This document shows, one piece after another, positions 8,932 through 18,330 of a stretch of DNA of 64,000 bases. The notes beneath the pieces are model-generated. The model was not told the origin of the DNA and did not search any database. It was given only the letters and a program-made list of their open reading frames with translations. This DNA comes from a bacterium (GTDB taxonomy: Bacteria > Bacteroidota > Ignavibacteria > UBA10030). Both the position numbers and the translations under genes were made by a program. Where the stretch lies: assembly GCA_043803945.1 (NCBI GenBank), contig JAZDJN010000087.1, forward strand, positions 192,001 through 256,000, read 5' to 3'. Numbering within the stretch: position 1 is the first letter of the stretch; every line of letters begins with the position of its first letter.

Positions 8932-10323
8932 ATGACACCTGAACAACTCTGGAGCGGACGTTTTAAGGAATTGCTCTCTGCCACCGCTTTGAATTTCTCT
9001 TCCTCCATCGATCTCGATAAAAAACTCTACCATGAAGATATCGCCGGCAGTATTGCGCATGTCGAAATGCTTGCGGCAACACATATCCTTTCCGCTACCG
9101 AAGCAAGAAAGATCCGCACAGCACTGAAGCAGATTCAGAAAGATATCGAACTCGGGAAATTCAAGCTGACCAGTGAGTATGAAGATGTGCACAGCGCCAT
9201 CGAGCTGAAGCTGATCCAAAAAATTGGACCGCTGGGCGGCAAGCTTCATACCGGACGCAGCCGCAACGATCAAATCGCCCTCGATGAGCGATTGTACCTC
9301 CGTTCGGCCATCAAAGATATCTGCCGGCTTCTTGTGCAGCTCCAGAGGGTCCTTCTGTTCAAATCGGAAAAATATTTTGGCGTATTGATGCCTGGATATA
9401 CGCATCTCCAGCGTGCACAGCCGATCCTTCTTTCACATCACTTGCTGGCTTATCTGTGGATGCTTGAGCGCGACTATGAACGTCTGCAAGATTGTCAGAA
9501 GCGTTTGAATAAGTCTCCCCTTGGCGCAGCCGCATTGGCAGGAACCTCGTTTCCGATCGATCGTGCAAGGGTCGCCAAGAAATTAAATTTTGCCGGTATC
9601 GTCGAAAACAGTATCGATGCCGTGAGTGATCGTGATTATCTTATCGAGTTTGTCGCCGCATGCTGCATCTTGCTAACACACCTGAGCCGGTTTGCTGAAG
9701 AACTGGTCTTGTGGACATCCAAGGAGTTTGGATATGCTCATATGAGCGATGCTTACACGACAGGCAGCAGTATCATGCCGCAAAAAAAGAATCCCGACAT
9801 GGCCGAGCTTGTCCGGGGAAAGACAGGCCGGGTCTATGGCGCCCTTGTCAACCTTCTTACCCTTATGAAGGGATTGCCGCTGGCCTATAACCGGGATATG
9901 CAAGAAGATAAATTTCCAATGTTTGAAACGGTGAGCACAACGCGTCACTGCCTGGCAATCTTCGCACAGATCCTCGTTCATACAACGTTTAACAAGAGAA
10001 AAATGGAGGAGGAGCTACAAAATGATTTCCTCACGGCAACCGATCTCGCTGATTATTTGGCAAGAAAAGGAATCCCGTTCCGTGAAGCATACGCGATCAC
10101 CGGAAAAATTGTCTCCTACTGTATCGAGCGCCGGATGTACTTCGGCAATCTCGATCTCGAAGCGCTGCGGATATTCTCCCCTGCTTTTGGACCGGATGTC
10201 TTCGAAGTGCTCCTCCCACACAACAGCGTGGAGCAGAAAAAATCAGCAGGAAGCACATCACCGCAGGAAGTAAAGAAGCAGATTATTCATTGGATTCGGG
10301 TGCTTAAAGGACGGAAGGGATAA
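8932..10323 (+). CDS. argH: Argininosuccinate lyase
   Basis: LWSGRF, KLHTGRSRNDQ, MPGYTHLQRAQP, TGSSIMPQKKNPD. True start MTPEQ at 8932. Confidence 0.97.
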   Translation: MTPEQLWSGRFKELLSATALNFSSSIDLDKKLYHEDIAGSIAHVEMLAATHILSATEARKIRTALKQIQKDIELGKFKLTSEYEDVHSAIELKLIQKIGPLGGKLHTGRSRNDQIALDERLYLRSAIKDICRLLVQLQRVLLFKSEKYFGVLMPGYTHLQRAQPILLSHHLLAYLWMLERDYERLQDCQKRLNKSPLGAAALAGTSFPIDRARVAKKLNFAGIVENSIDAVSDRDYLIEFVAACCILLTHLSRFAEELVLWTSKEFGYAHMSDAYTTGSSIMPQKKNPDMAELVRGKTGRVYGALVNLLTLMKGLPLAYNRDMQEDKFPMFETVSTTRHCLAIFAQILVHTTFNKRKMEEELQNDFLTATDLADYLARKGIPFREAYAITGKIVSYCIERRMYFGNLDLEALRIFSPAFGPDVFEVLLPHNSVEQKKSAGSTSPQEVKKQIIHWIRVLKGRKG

Positions 10324-10433
10324 CTCAAGATAAGGTATATATGCAGATTTACTTACCCCTAGTTTGTTGATTCCTGTATTGTTTTACTATCACAAATTGC
10401 CGATATTTTATCCGAATCAATTACGGACTCTCC

Positions 10434-10640
10434 ATGAACGAAATTATTTTTCTTGTAGAAGATGCCCTCGAAGGAGGGTTTACTGCGCGTGCTCTTGGTG
10501 TCTCTATTTTCACCCAGGGTGATAGTCTTGAGGTTCTTTATAACAATATTCGTGAAGCAGTGCTCTGCCATTTTGACGAATCTGATACACCAAAAATAGT
10601 CCGGGTGCACTATGTCCGCGATGAAATTCTGGCCCTATGA
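10434..10640 (+). CDS. hicB: HicB-like antitoxin (short, RNase H-fold domain only)
   Basis: IIFLVEDALEGGFTARALGVSIFTQGDSLEVLYNNIREAV is a HicB N-terminal pattern; overlaps hicA. Confidence 0.75.
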   Translation: MNEIIFLVEDALEGGFTARALGVSIFTQGDSLEVLYNNIREAVLCHFDESDTPKIVRVHYVRDEILAL

Positions 10641-10879
10641 AACTCCCACGCGATATTTCAGGTGAGGAGCTTTGCCGCACGCTGAGTATATTCGGGTATA
10701 AAGTCACTCGACAGAGCGGAAGCCACGTCCGTCTGACCACGAGCCAGCATGGAGAACACCATCTCACAATTCCACTTCATAGGTCACTTCGCATAGGTAC
10801 ACTTGCTGCTATCCTCTCTGATGTGGCAAACCATTTTGACATTCCTCGTGATGAATTGGTTCATAAACTGTTTCAATAG
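10637..10879 (+). CDS. hicA: HicA family mRNA interferase toxin
   Basis: GYKVTRQSGSHVRL...LTIPLHRSLRIGTLAAIL. Confidence 0.9.
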   Translation: MKLPRDISGEELCRTLSIFGYKVTRQSGSHVRLTTSQHGEHHLTIPLHRSLRIGTLAAILSDVANHFDIPRDELVHKLFQ

Positions 10880-10917
10880 TCTGTGAAATAAATTCCGCAT
10901 TCAACATTCGCCATTCC

Positions 10918-12585
10918 TCATTTTCCAAATCCCGGTCCCCGAATCACTCGGCCCGGCCGATTCTCTGTTACCTTTCCCTGTTCCCAAACAATCGATCCGT
11001 TGACGAACACATGTTCAATTCCAACGGAGTACTGGTGGGGATCAATAAATGTTGCTTTATCAATAACGGTGTTTGGATCGAAGATCACAACGTCGGCGAA
11101 GAACCCGGTTTTTACCAATCCGCGCTCCTGAATACCGAATCGTGCAGCAGGAAGCGAGGTCATCTTTCGGACTGCTTCTTCAAGTGAGAGAAGTTTTTCC
11201 TCGCGGACATATTTTCCGAGGATGCGCGGGAAGCTCCCGTAAGCGCGGGGATGTGGTTTTCCCTTGCTCAGCGGGCCGTCGGTTGCCCGCGCAGAGGCAT
11301 CTGTACAGAAACTGATCCACGGCTGCCCCATGCCCATTTTTAAATCCTCCTCGTTCATCGCAAAGACAACGCGTGAGGTTCGAGCCGAATCAGCAAGGAG
11401 CAAATCGAACACCGTCTCAATTGGGTCTTTCTTCCAGAGTGCGGAGAGTTCGGTGATGCGTTTTCCTTCAAACTGTTTCAACTCGGGATTGTTAATGGTC
11501 GATAGCATCATGCTCTGAAAGTCGGGACCTTTGTTACGGTTACGCGCCTGAATTTCCTTCCGCATTTTTACCCGTGTTTGAGGATCCTTAAGTCGTTCAA
11601 GAATTTTCTCGGTTCCACCTTCGCGGGCCCAGCTGGGAAGAAGCGAACCGACATCATTCCCAAACGCTGTATATGGATATTGATCTGCTGTGATATCGAG
11701 GCCTTGCTCACGCTGGTGTTGAAGCAATCGAACAACTTCGGACATGCGTCCCCAATTCTGTTGTTCTGCAACTTTCAAGTGCCAGATTTCAACAGGAATG
11801 TTTGCCGCGCGGCCAATATCTGCCGCCTCGTGCACAGCTTCGATGATCTTCTCCTGTTCACTGCGGAGGTGCACAAAAAATGTCCCTCCATATTCTGCTG
11901 CCGCCTTTGCCAGTTCGATCAGTTCAGGAGTTTTCGCATACATTGCAGGAGCATACTCCAGCGCGGTGCTAAGCCCCATAGCGCCTTGTTTCATCGCATC
12001 TCGTACAAGCTGTTTCATCTGTTCCAATTCCTGCGGTGTTGGCGCACGATCTTCAAAGCCTATGACATATTCCCTTACCTGAGCTGCCCCAACCAACGAA
12101 CCAAGATTCAATGTAGATTTTGTTTGTTCAACCCGTTTGAAATACCCTTCGTAATCTTTCCAATCAACCGTAAGGTTGTATTCATCCAGGAATGGTTTCA
12201 TTTCTTTCACAATGCGTTCATTGACCGGCGCTGGAGATTCCCCTTCGCCATTTACTTCAGTGGTAATGCCCTGGGATATCTTGCTCATGGCACGGTTATC
12301 AATGAGGATATAGTATTCCGACTGCCCGAGAATATCGATAAATCCAGGGCAGACAATTTTTCCGGCGGCATCGATTGTTTTCTTCGCCTGTGCGGCGCTG
12401 AGTTTTCCAATACTGACAATTCTATCACCGCGGATACCAACGTCACCCCGGTACCATGGATTGCCGGTTCCATCAACGATGGTTCCATTGGTAATGAGAA
12501 TGTCGAACTGGTCACGGTCTGAAGACTGACATGCAGCAAAGAGAATGGCGAAAAGCGCAAGAAAAATCCGAGGCGTGCTGTTCAT
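10918..12585 (-). CDS. N-acyl-D-amino-acid deacylase (D-aminoacylase) family amidohydrolase, probable lipoprotein
   Basis: ILITNGTIVDGTG, CPGFID, QGITTEV, PHPRAYGSFPR, ADVVIFD. Lipobox-like LFAAC after the start MNSTPR (12585). Confidence 0.9.
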   Translation of the reverse strand: MNSTPRIFLALFAILFAACQSSDRDQFDILITNGTIVDGTGNPWYRGDVGIRGDRIVSIGKLSAAQAKKTIDAAGKIVCPGFIDILGQSEYYILIDNRAMSKISQGITTEVNGEGESPAPVNERIVKEMKPFLDEYNLTVDWKDYEGYFKRVEQTKSTLNLGSLVGAAQVREYVIGFEDRAPTPQELEQMKQLVRDAMKQGAMGLSTALEYAPAMYAKTPELIELAKAAAEYGGTFFVHLRSEQEKIIEAVHEAADIGRAANIPVEIWHLKVAEQQNWGRMSEVVRLLQHQREQGLDITADQYPYTAFGNDVGSLLPSWAREGGTEKILERLKDPQTRVKMRKEIQARNRNKGPDFQSMMLSTINNPELKQFEGKRITELSALWKKDPIETVFDLLLADSARTSRVVFAMNEEDLKMGMGQPWISFCTDASARATDGPLSKGKPHPRAYGSFPRILGKYVREEKLLSLEEAVRKMTSLPAARFGIQERGLVKTGFFADVVIFDPNTVIDKATFIDPHQYSVGIEHVFVNGSIVWEQGKVTENRPGRVIRGPGFGK

Positions 12586-12637
12586 AGAAAAGAATCCCCT
12601 GTGATGTGAAAATGAATGGGTTGTCCTGCTTTTGAGC

Positions 12638-13219
12638 TTATGAGAAGAGATTCGAGTTATAAATTTCCAATCCAGCAAATATGAAAAAGAGGAAGAGTGT
12701 AACAATGCTTGCTTTGGTAGAATCGAGCCGCTCTGCATTCTTCATTCCAAAATAACAGACGACACCGGGCATACCCCACGCCATGCCGATCACTTTGGAC
12801 CCAAGATTGACATATTGAATGATCTCTGCATATTCAGCAAGAAGCCCTGTGATGGTAACTAGCGTGAGGACGAATGAAAGGAGGGAGACAACTACCAAAG
12901 GGGCCGCTGCGATCCCAACATAGCCGAACGCATGAGGAAACTCCCCGTGTCCGCCCAGCGGGATGGAAAGAAGATGGAACAGTAGAGAGACGAAGACCCA
13001 GGTAAGATAGATAATTAATGCGGCAGCAATGAAGGCAACAATACCAACCATAAAGGATTGAGCGGCAAAATAGCCGGAGACAGAAGAATTTACTCCAGAA
13101 ATCGCGGCATACAGTGAGACAATGAGAAACGCTTCGCCGACATGGGGAGAGTCATGAAGGTCATGCGTTGCGTAGTCCGGTTCAAGGAGTATAACAAAAA
13201 AACGTCGAAGGAAATTCAT
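12638..13219 (-). CDS. Yip1 family membrane protein
   Basis: ~5 hydrophobic helices; ILLEP N-terminus and LGGHGEF loop typical of Yip1. Confidence 0.7.
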   Translation of the reverse strand: MNFLRRFFVILLEPDYATHDLHDSPHVGEAFLIVSLYAAISGVNSSVSGYFAAQSFMVGIVAFIAAALIIYLTWVFVSLLFHLLSIPLGGHGEFPHAFGYVGIAAAPLVVVSLLSFVLTLVTITGLLAEYAEIIQYVNLGSKVIGMAWGMPGVVCYFGMKNAERLDSTKASIVTLFLFFIFAGLEIYNSNLFS

Positions 13220-13288
13220 GTATGTGTTAATACTTTGAGTGTTTCAATGAAGCATTCTCATTTATGGTACTTCAATTGATGCTGATAA

Positions 13289-14206
13289 TCAAGCTACCCC
13301 TGTTCTTCGCGTGGAACGATCGACAACCTTTTCCCATACTCTTGTCAGCATCGGTGTCAATGCCAGGGCAACAAATGCAACAGCTACTCCAATAACCGCA
13401 TCGGTGACATAGTGATACCGACCATAGAATGTGGAAACGTACAGCGATATGACGACGGGTGCCAACAAATAAAACGATGGTCGATGATACCGATATGCCA
13501 TCATCCACATGATGGTTGCTGCTGCGCAATGGGGACTTGGTATGGTTCCACCCACATAGTGGAGTTGTGAGCGCATAAGCTCACCAAGGTACGTAAAGAC
13601 ATATCCATTGAGGGGGACCGTATAGAGCGATCCGATGGTTGGAAGCGGGCCTGCCACGGGAAACAGAATGAAGCCAATGTCGCAGAGGATATTGGTAAAT
13701 CCAAGTGTGAAGAAATATTCCTCCATCGGCAATTCGCCTCTGAGATAATAAATAATACCGCAAAGCACAGGGTACATTGGCACATAAATGACATACGAAA
13801 ACATCATCCACTCTGTAAGCCCCGGTGAGATAAACCGTTCAAGCCAGAGCGTCGGTTGGACACCGAAGATGGCTTCTTCGGCATGAAGTACTGTCGAATC
13901 AAGCCACCGGCCATGAAGAATAAGTTGAAGCTTGTCGACCGCACCGAATAGATATGCGTAGGTGAGTGTTATAGCGGCAACGCGAAGAAAAAATTTCCAA
14001 AATTTGTGATTCACCCGCTGGGCAAAGTAGTTGAAGGCAAGATAAGCGCCGGCAACGGCAATATTTTTCAGAATCAGAATCCACCACTGCTCGACCCTTG
14101 CTGCAAACAGCAATGCAAGGATACTGAAAAAGGCCAAGGTTGCAAGTATGAGTCCATCTGTTGCTTTTAACTGCAGTGTTCCGTGTTGTATCGTTTTATT
14201 TGTCAT
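13289..14206 (-). CDS. PAP2-superfamily membrane protein (inositol-phosphorylceramide synthase/Aur1-like)
   Basis: LFPVAGP, IPSPH and RYHYVTD motifs in a multi-TM protein. Confidence 0.8.
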   Translation of the reverse strand: MTNKTIQHGTLQLKATDGLILATLAFFSILALLFAARVEQWWILILKNIAVAGAYLAFNYFAQRVNHKFWKFFLRVAAITLTYAYLFGAVDKLQLILHGRWLDSTVLHAEEAIFGVQPTLWLERFISPGLTEWMMFSYVIYVPMYPVLCGIIYYLRGELPMEEYFFTLGFTNILCDIGFILFPVAGPLPTIGSLYTVPLNGYVFTYLGELMRSQLHYVGGTIPSPHCAAATIMWMMAYRYHRPSFYLLAPVVISLYVSTFYGRYHYVTDAVIGVAVAFVALALTPMLTRVWEKVVDRSTRRTGVA

Positions 14207-14232
14207 ATTCTTCTATCAGGAACTTGAGTGCT

Positions 14233-14967
14233 TTAATGAACATAACAGATGTAGAAGTCGAGCGAGATACCGAGCAGCCAGTGTGTTATGATAAGTACCA
14301 GAAGAGAACGTGTACGAAAAGCAACCACGCCCCATACCAACGCCCCAAGAATCGAACTGTAAATTTCCCCGCTGGGCTTTCCAATATGCAGAATGCATGA
14401 AAAAGCAGTCTGGATAAGAAGAGCATTCCAATCGCCAAGCTTTTCTCTCAGCCCGAATTGCATAAACCCGCGGAAATAGGTTTCCCACCCGATATAGAAA
14501 AAGAGATAGGCAAATGCGTGGGAGAGAAACATTGCCGGAGAAGAGCCTGCTGTTTTATTCAATGGATATTCAGCAAGAAAGTCGGGCATCTTCGACGAAG
14601 GGTATGTTGCCAGAACCATTATCGGCCCGAGGACCAATAACGCCTTGAGCCCATACCGCCAATCGCCAAGCTGAATACCGTAGGCACTGAGCGGTTCCTT
14701 GAAACCATACTTAATGATCAGGAGAGGAATAACGCCCAGAAGAAAAAAGCTGCTGAAAAATGTGTAGAGGGCTGCTGTCTGTTCGGGATTTTGAAACAAG
14801 GTAATTGATGACGATAACTGTTCCATGTAGAACGGTTTTGTCCCGTAATACTTGTAGGTCGTAAGCAGAATTGGTGTCAGCAGCAAAATCAGGGTAGGCT
14901 TCCGGTTGTCTCCGCTGAATAATCCGGAAAAAGAAGCCGGGGTCAATGACTGTTCAAAGCGGTTCAT
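14233..14967 (-). CDS. CPBP (CAAX/Abi) intramembrane glutamic endopeptidase
   Basis: WETYFRGF, HIGKP and THW motifs; multi-TM. Confidence 0.85.
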   Translation of the reverse strand: MNRFEQSLTPASFSGLFSGDNRKPTLILLLTPILLTTYKYYGTKPFYMEQLSSSITLFQNPEQTAALYTFFSSFFLLGVIPLLIIKYGFKEPLSAYGIQLGDWRYGLKALLVLGPIMVLATYPSSKMPDFLAEYPLNKTAGSSPAMFLSHAFAYLFFYIGWETYFRGFMQFGLREKLGDWNALLIQTAFSCILHIGKPSGEIYSSILGALVWGVVAFRTRSLLVLIITHWLLGISLDFYICYVH

Positions 14968-14975
14968 GGAATTCC

Positions 14976-15989
14976 CTATGATCGTTTGGTGCGCTGTTCA
15001 AGAATCCATCGATAGGTAATGCGAACCCCCTCCCGGAGCGGTGTAATCTTATAGCCAAGCTCGCTCTCCGCTTTCGCACACGAATAGGCCCAGTCCTGTA
15101 AAAATGTTTCAACCCACCCCGGTGTGATTTGCGGATAGAAACCAAGCCATTCCGCTTTTTTCTTCTCAATCCTTCCATAGAGCAGAGCTGCCCAGGGAGG
15201 GAGGTTAAATTGCACATGCCGTTTACCGCTGACCTCGTCAACAATTCTGAATAACTGTGCGAGTGTGGCATTTTCTCCGCCAAGGATGTACCGTTCACCA
15301 ACCCTTCCCTTCTCCATTGCCAGAATTTGTCCCTGTACCAGATCGTCGACCAGCACGTAATTACCAACATCTTTGCCGCCGTTCAGTAACACTGGCACCT
15401 TGCCCCGGTCGTACATATCGATCATCAGGCTAACGGAGTTGCCCTCGGTCAGTTTTCCGGGACCATAGACCCGTGCCGGATTTACAATAACAACTGGCAA
15501 GCCATTTGCGGCATAGTTGAGCGCTTCTTTTTCTGCCAGCGCTTTACTGTGTTCATATTCGGTGTAATAGTGCTGCGTAATGCGGGGCATGTCTTCATTG
15601 CCGATGACACCCGGCGCTGTCGGCCCGAATGTCACAATCGTTGAGGTAAAAACAATTCTTTGCACACCGGCCATTTTCGCGGCTTCGAATACATTCTTCA
15701 TACCATCGACATTATGTCGGAAAAAGACCGATGGATCCTTCGCCCAATTCTTTGCATAGGCGGCAAGATGGTAGACTTGCTGGCAACCCTTCATCCCTTT
15801 CAGCAATGATTCACGGTCCATAATATCGCCTGAGACAAAATGAATACGTTCATGCGATAGACCTTCCTTGTTGCTCGTACTCCGGGTTAATGCATGGACA
15901 GTATGCCCCTGCCGAACAAGCTCATTGACAAGTTTTGTGCCGATAAACCCTGTAGCACCGGTTACGAACACCGTTGATGGATTTGCCAT
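14976..15989 (-). CDS. NAD-dependent epimerase/dehydratase (extended SDR, DFR/HpnA-like)
   Basis: VTGATGFIG, YEHSK (YxxxK), VNPARVYGPG. Confidence 0.9.
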   Translation of the reverse strand: MANPSTVFVTGATGFIGTKLVNELVRQGHTVHALTRSTSNKEGLSHERIHFVSGDIMDRESLLKGMKGCQQVYHLAAYAKNWAKDPSVFFRHNVDGMKNVFEAAKMAGVQRIVFTSTIVTFGPTAPGVIGNEDMPRITQHYYTEYEHSKALAEKEALNYAANGLPVVIVNPARVYGPGKLTEGNSVSLMIDMYDRGKVPVLLNGGKDVGNYVLVDDLVQGQILAMEKGRVGERYILGGENATLAQLFRIVDEVSGKRHVQFNLPPWAALLYGRIEKKKAEWLGFYPQITPGWVETFLQDWAYSCAKAESELGYKITPLREGVRITYRWILEQRTKRS

Positions 15990-16116
15990 GGTACTCTGCG
16001 ATTGGTATAAAGATGCTCATCGTTGCGGATGATTGGGTTTCAACATAGGGAAAAATCCTCTGAGTCTCAAATCAGACGATTGAATCGGCAAAGTTGGCTT
16101 TAATGGATTTCCCTTC

Positions 16117-18255
16117 TCAAAAGAGATATCGAATATCAATTCCTCCAAAGAAATTTCTTGGCAGGCCCGGTTCAAGATAGAGCGGAACACCGCCAACGAT
16201 ATCAGGGTTCACAAACGCAGAAGCCGCATATCGTTGATTGGTCAGGTTGTTCACGCCCGCATGGAGACTTGCACCAATATGGCGGGAAATCTTGATAAGG
16301 TCAGTCGATCCTATCGTGAGATTCACCAGAGTATAGGACGGCACATTCACCTGGTTGGCATCATCAACAAAGTACTCTCCTACCTGCTGCAAGCCACCTT
16401 CGAAAAACATGCCGGGAAGAAATTCAGGCTGCAACCGTATCTTGCCGGAATAAAAGATGCCGGGGATGCCAGCGACCTCGTTGTTCTCATAATTCGCATA
16501 ACGTCCGGCCTTCGAAAGGCTGTAGTGGACAGAGTCAACCAGGTAGGAGATATAGGTATTCTTCGAATAGGTAATTGCTGCCTGGAACGACAAGCCATAG
16601 GCCAGCTTTGCCTGCATGCCGGCTTCAACACCGGTTCTTCTTGTTTTCCCCGCTGTAAAATAAAAGCGGCCGCCGCGATAGGGAATAATATCGTTCTCAA
16701 GCGAAATAGTATAAAGTGCCAAATCGTAGGAGAGTGAGCGTACGAAGGATTGTTCGCCGAATCCGAGTACTTGCCTTATACCGATCTCGTAGGTTGTCGA
16801 TCGGATCGGCTCAAGCAGTGGATTCAGAGCAAAGACTGTATCCTTGCCGTACGTGCTTATCGGATCGGTTTCGTTACCGGCAGGGACTTCAATTCCCCCG
16901 CCGATATTCGCATAGATGCTCCAGGAAGGCGAGAGCCGGACCATGAATCCAATTTTCGGTGTGATCCGGTCAAAGACTTTTGTATCGTGTAATTTCATAT
17001 TGATGAAACTTTCGCTGTAGTACGTCACCGCATCGTAGCGTGCACCCATGGAAAAAAGCACAAACTCGTTCCACCACAGGTCATCCTGAACGAAGAATCC
17101 AAAATTGTTTGCTCCTTCCCGTTTATTGTCGCGGAGCGTTGTACCGCGATCATTCATCGGTGACAATGAGTAAAAGAGAATGGCACCGTCTTGATACGCC
17201 TCATCCCAGCCCATCGTGAAATTGTTTTTCAACTCCGCCGAGAGCAACGATCTGTTTTTATACAGCATGCTTCCGCCGATGTGGTAGCGATTGAAATCGC
17301 GAAATGTTCCCCGTTCCGAGCGCTGAAGAAATTTCGGATTCACATAGACCGTCGCGGTAATTTCATTGAAGGGATCAAACTGATGATCGAATGCAACACC
17401 GAGTCGGCCCAGTCGATTCTCTCGGCGCTCCAGCCGGCTGAGATAGGTTGGGTTAGCCTGTTCCGGCTGTGAGTTGAACTGCACCTGTGAGAGAGGGCCG
17501 GGAATAAAAAATTTGCTCACTGCCCCGACAAGAAACACGCCCAACCGTGTGCGTTCATCGAAGGGTGTTTGGATTCCAATGCTGAGATGTGTTTTCTCGC
17601 TTGAAGAATTCGCCCGCCAACCATCAAAGGAAGAGCGCATAAGCGTTGCATAGAGCTTCCCTTTTCCCAGCACGGTTGCGGTTTGGAGAGAAAGTTTTTG
17701 AAGGCCGTAATCACCTGCAGTGGTTTGAAGCGAGAGAACGGGCTCTGAAATCACGGGAACCGTGCTGATGCTGACGAGTCCGCCGGAGGCGTTGCCCCAT
17801 AGTGCAGAGGCATTGGAGCGGATGACTTCAATCCGTTGTGTCGATGTCAGATCAACAAGATCAAACGACGTTCTTCCGTCAGGTTCGGTCTCAGGAAAAT
17901 TATCGATGAGTACACGAATGCCCCGCGAGGTGCCGGCATTGGACCGATCGCCTGCTCCCCGCGCACCGAAACCTCGAATTGTTATCCTCAGGTCCTGGCT
18001 TCCTGCGCGACTCTGCGCAAGAATGCCCGGCAGGTTGATTAACGCGTCGTCCAGCGAAAGCCGGCGGCTTTGGTTATAGTGGAGTGGTGTGACGACATCG
18101 GCGGCCATGGGTAAAGTCATAAGCGTACTCCCGCCGCGTGCGGCATTCACGACCACTTCGTCGAGGATAACTGTCTTCACTGTGTCATCTTGTGCCGTCT
18201 GAGAAAGGACAACGGTAGGAAGCAGGATGAGCAAAGATAAGAATATTCTATACAT
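16117..18255 (-). CDS. TonB-dependent receptor
   Basis: Signal peptide from MYRIFL (18255), LDEVVVNA TonB box, IRGFG, RIEVIR..ASALWGNASGG plug, NNLTNQRY, PGLPRNF and a C-terminal F. Confidence 0.92.
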   Translation of the reverse strand: MYRIFLSLLILLPTVVLSQTAQDDTVKTVILDEVVVNAARGGSTLMTLPMAADVVTPLHYNQSRRLSLDDALINLPGILAQSRAGSQDLRITIRGFGARGAGDRSNAGTSRGIRVLIDNFPETEPDGRTSFDLVDLTSTQRIEVIRSNASALWGNASGGLVSISTVPVISEPVLSLQTTAGDYGLQKLSLQTATVLGKGKLYATLMRSSFDGWRANSSSEKTHLSIGIQTPFDERTRLGVFLVGAVSKFFIPGPLSQVQFNSQPEQANPTYLSRLERRENRLGRLGVAFDHQFDPFNEITATVYVNPKFLQRSERGTFRDFNRYHIGGSMLYKNRSLLSAELKNNFTMGWDEAYQDGAILFYSLSPMNDRGTTLRDNKREGANNFGFFVQDDLWWNEFVLFSMGARYDAVTYYSESFINMKLHDTKVFDRITPKIGFMVRLSPSWSIYANIGGGIEVPAGNETDPISTYGKDTVFALNPLLEPIRSTTYEIGIRQVLGFGEQSFVRSLSYDLALYTISLENDIIPYRGGRFYFTAGKTRRTGVEAGMQAKLAYGLSFQAAITYSKNTYISYLVDSVHYSLSKAGRYANYENNEVAGIPGIFYSGKIRLQPEFLPGMFFEGGLQQVGEYFVDDANQVNVPSYTLVNLTIGSTDLIKISRHIGASLHAGVNNLTNQRYAASAFVNPDIVGGVPLYLEPGLPRNFFGGIDIRYLF

Positions 18256-18330
18256 AGGTTGTACCGTGTTTGGGTATAAAGAATATATCTCTATTGCCAC
18301 TGCAAAGGAGCGCACGACGTGGCATAGCGT

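Noticed and set aside
11578-12522. Long antisense ORFs (e.g. 11578-12522, 23907-24638, 6581-7204)
   Set aside because: They are shadows of well-supported genes on the opposite strand and have no motifs of their own.
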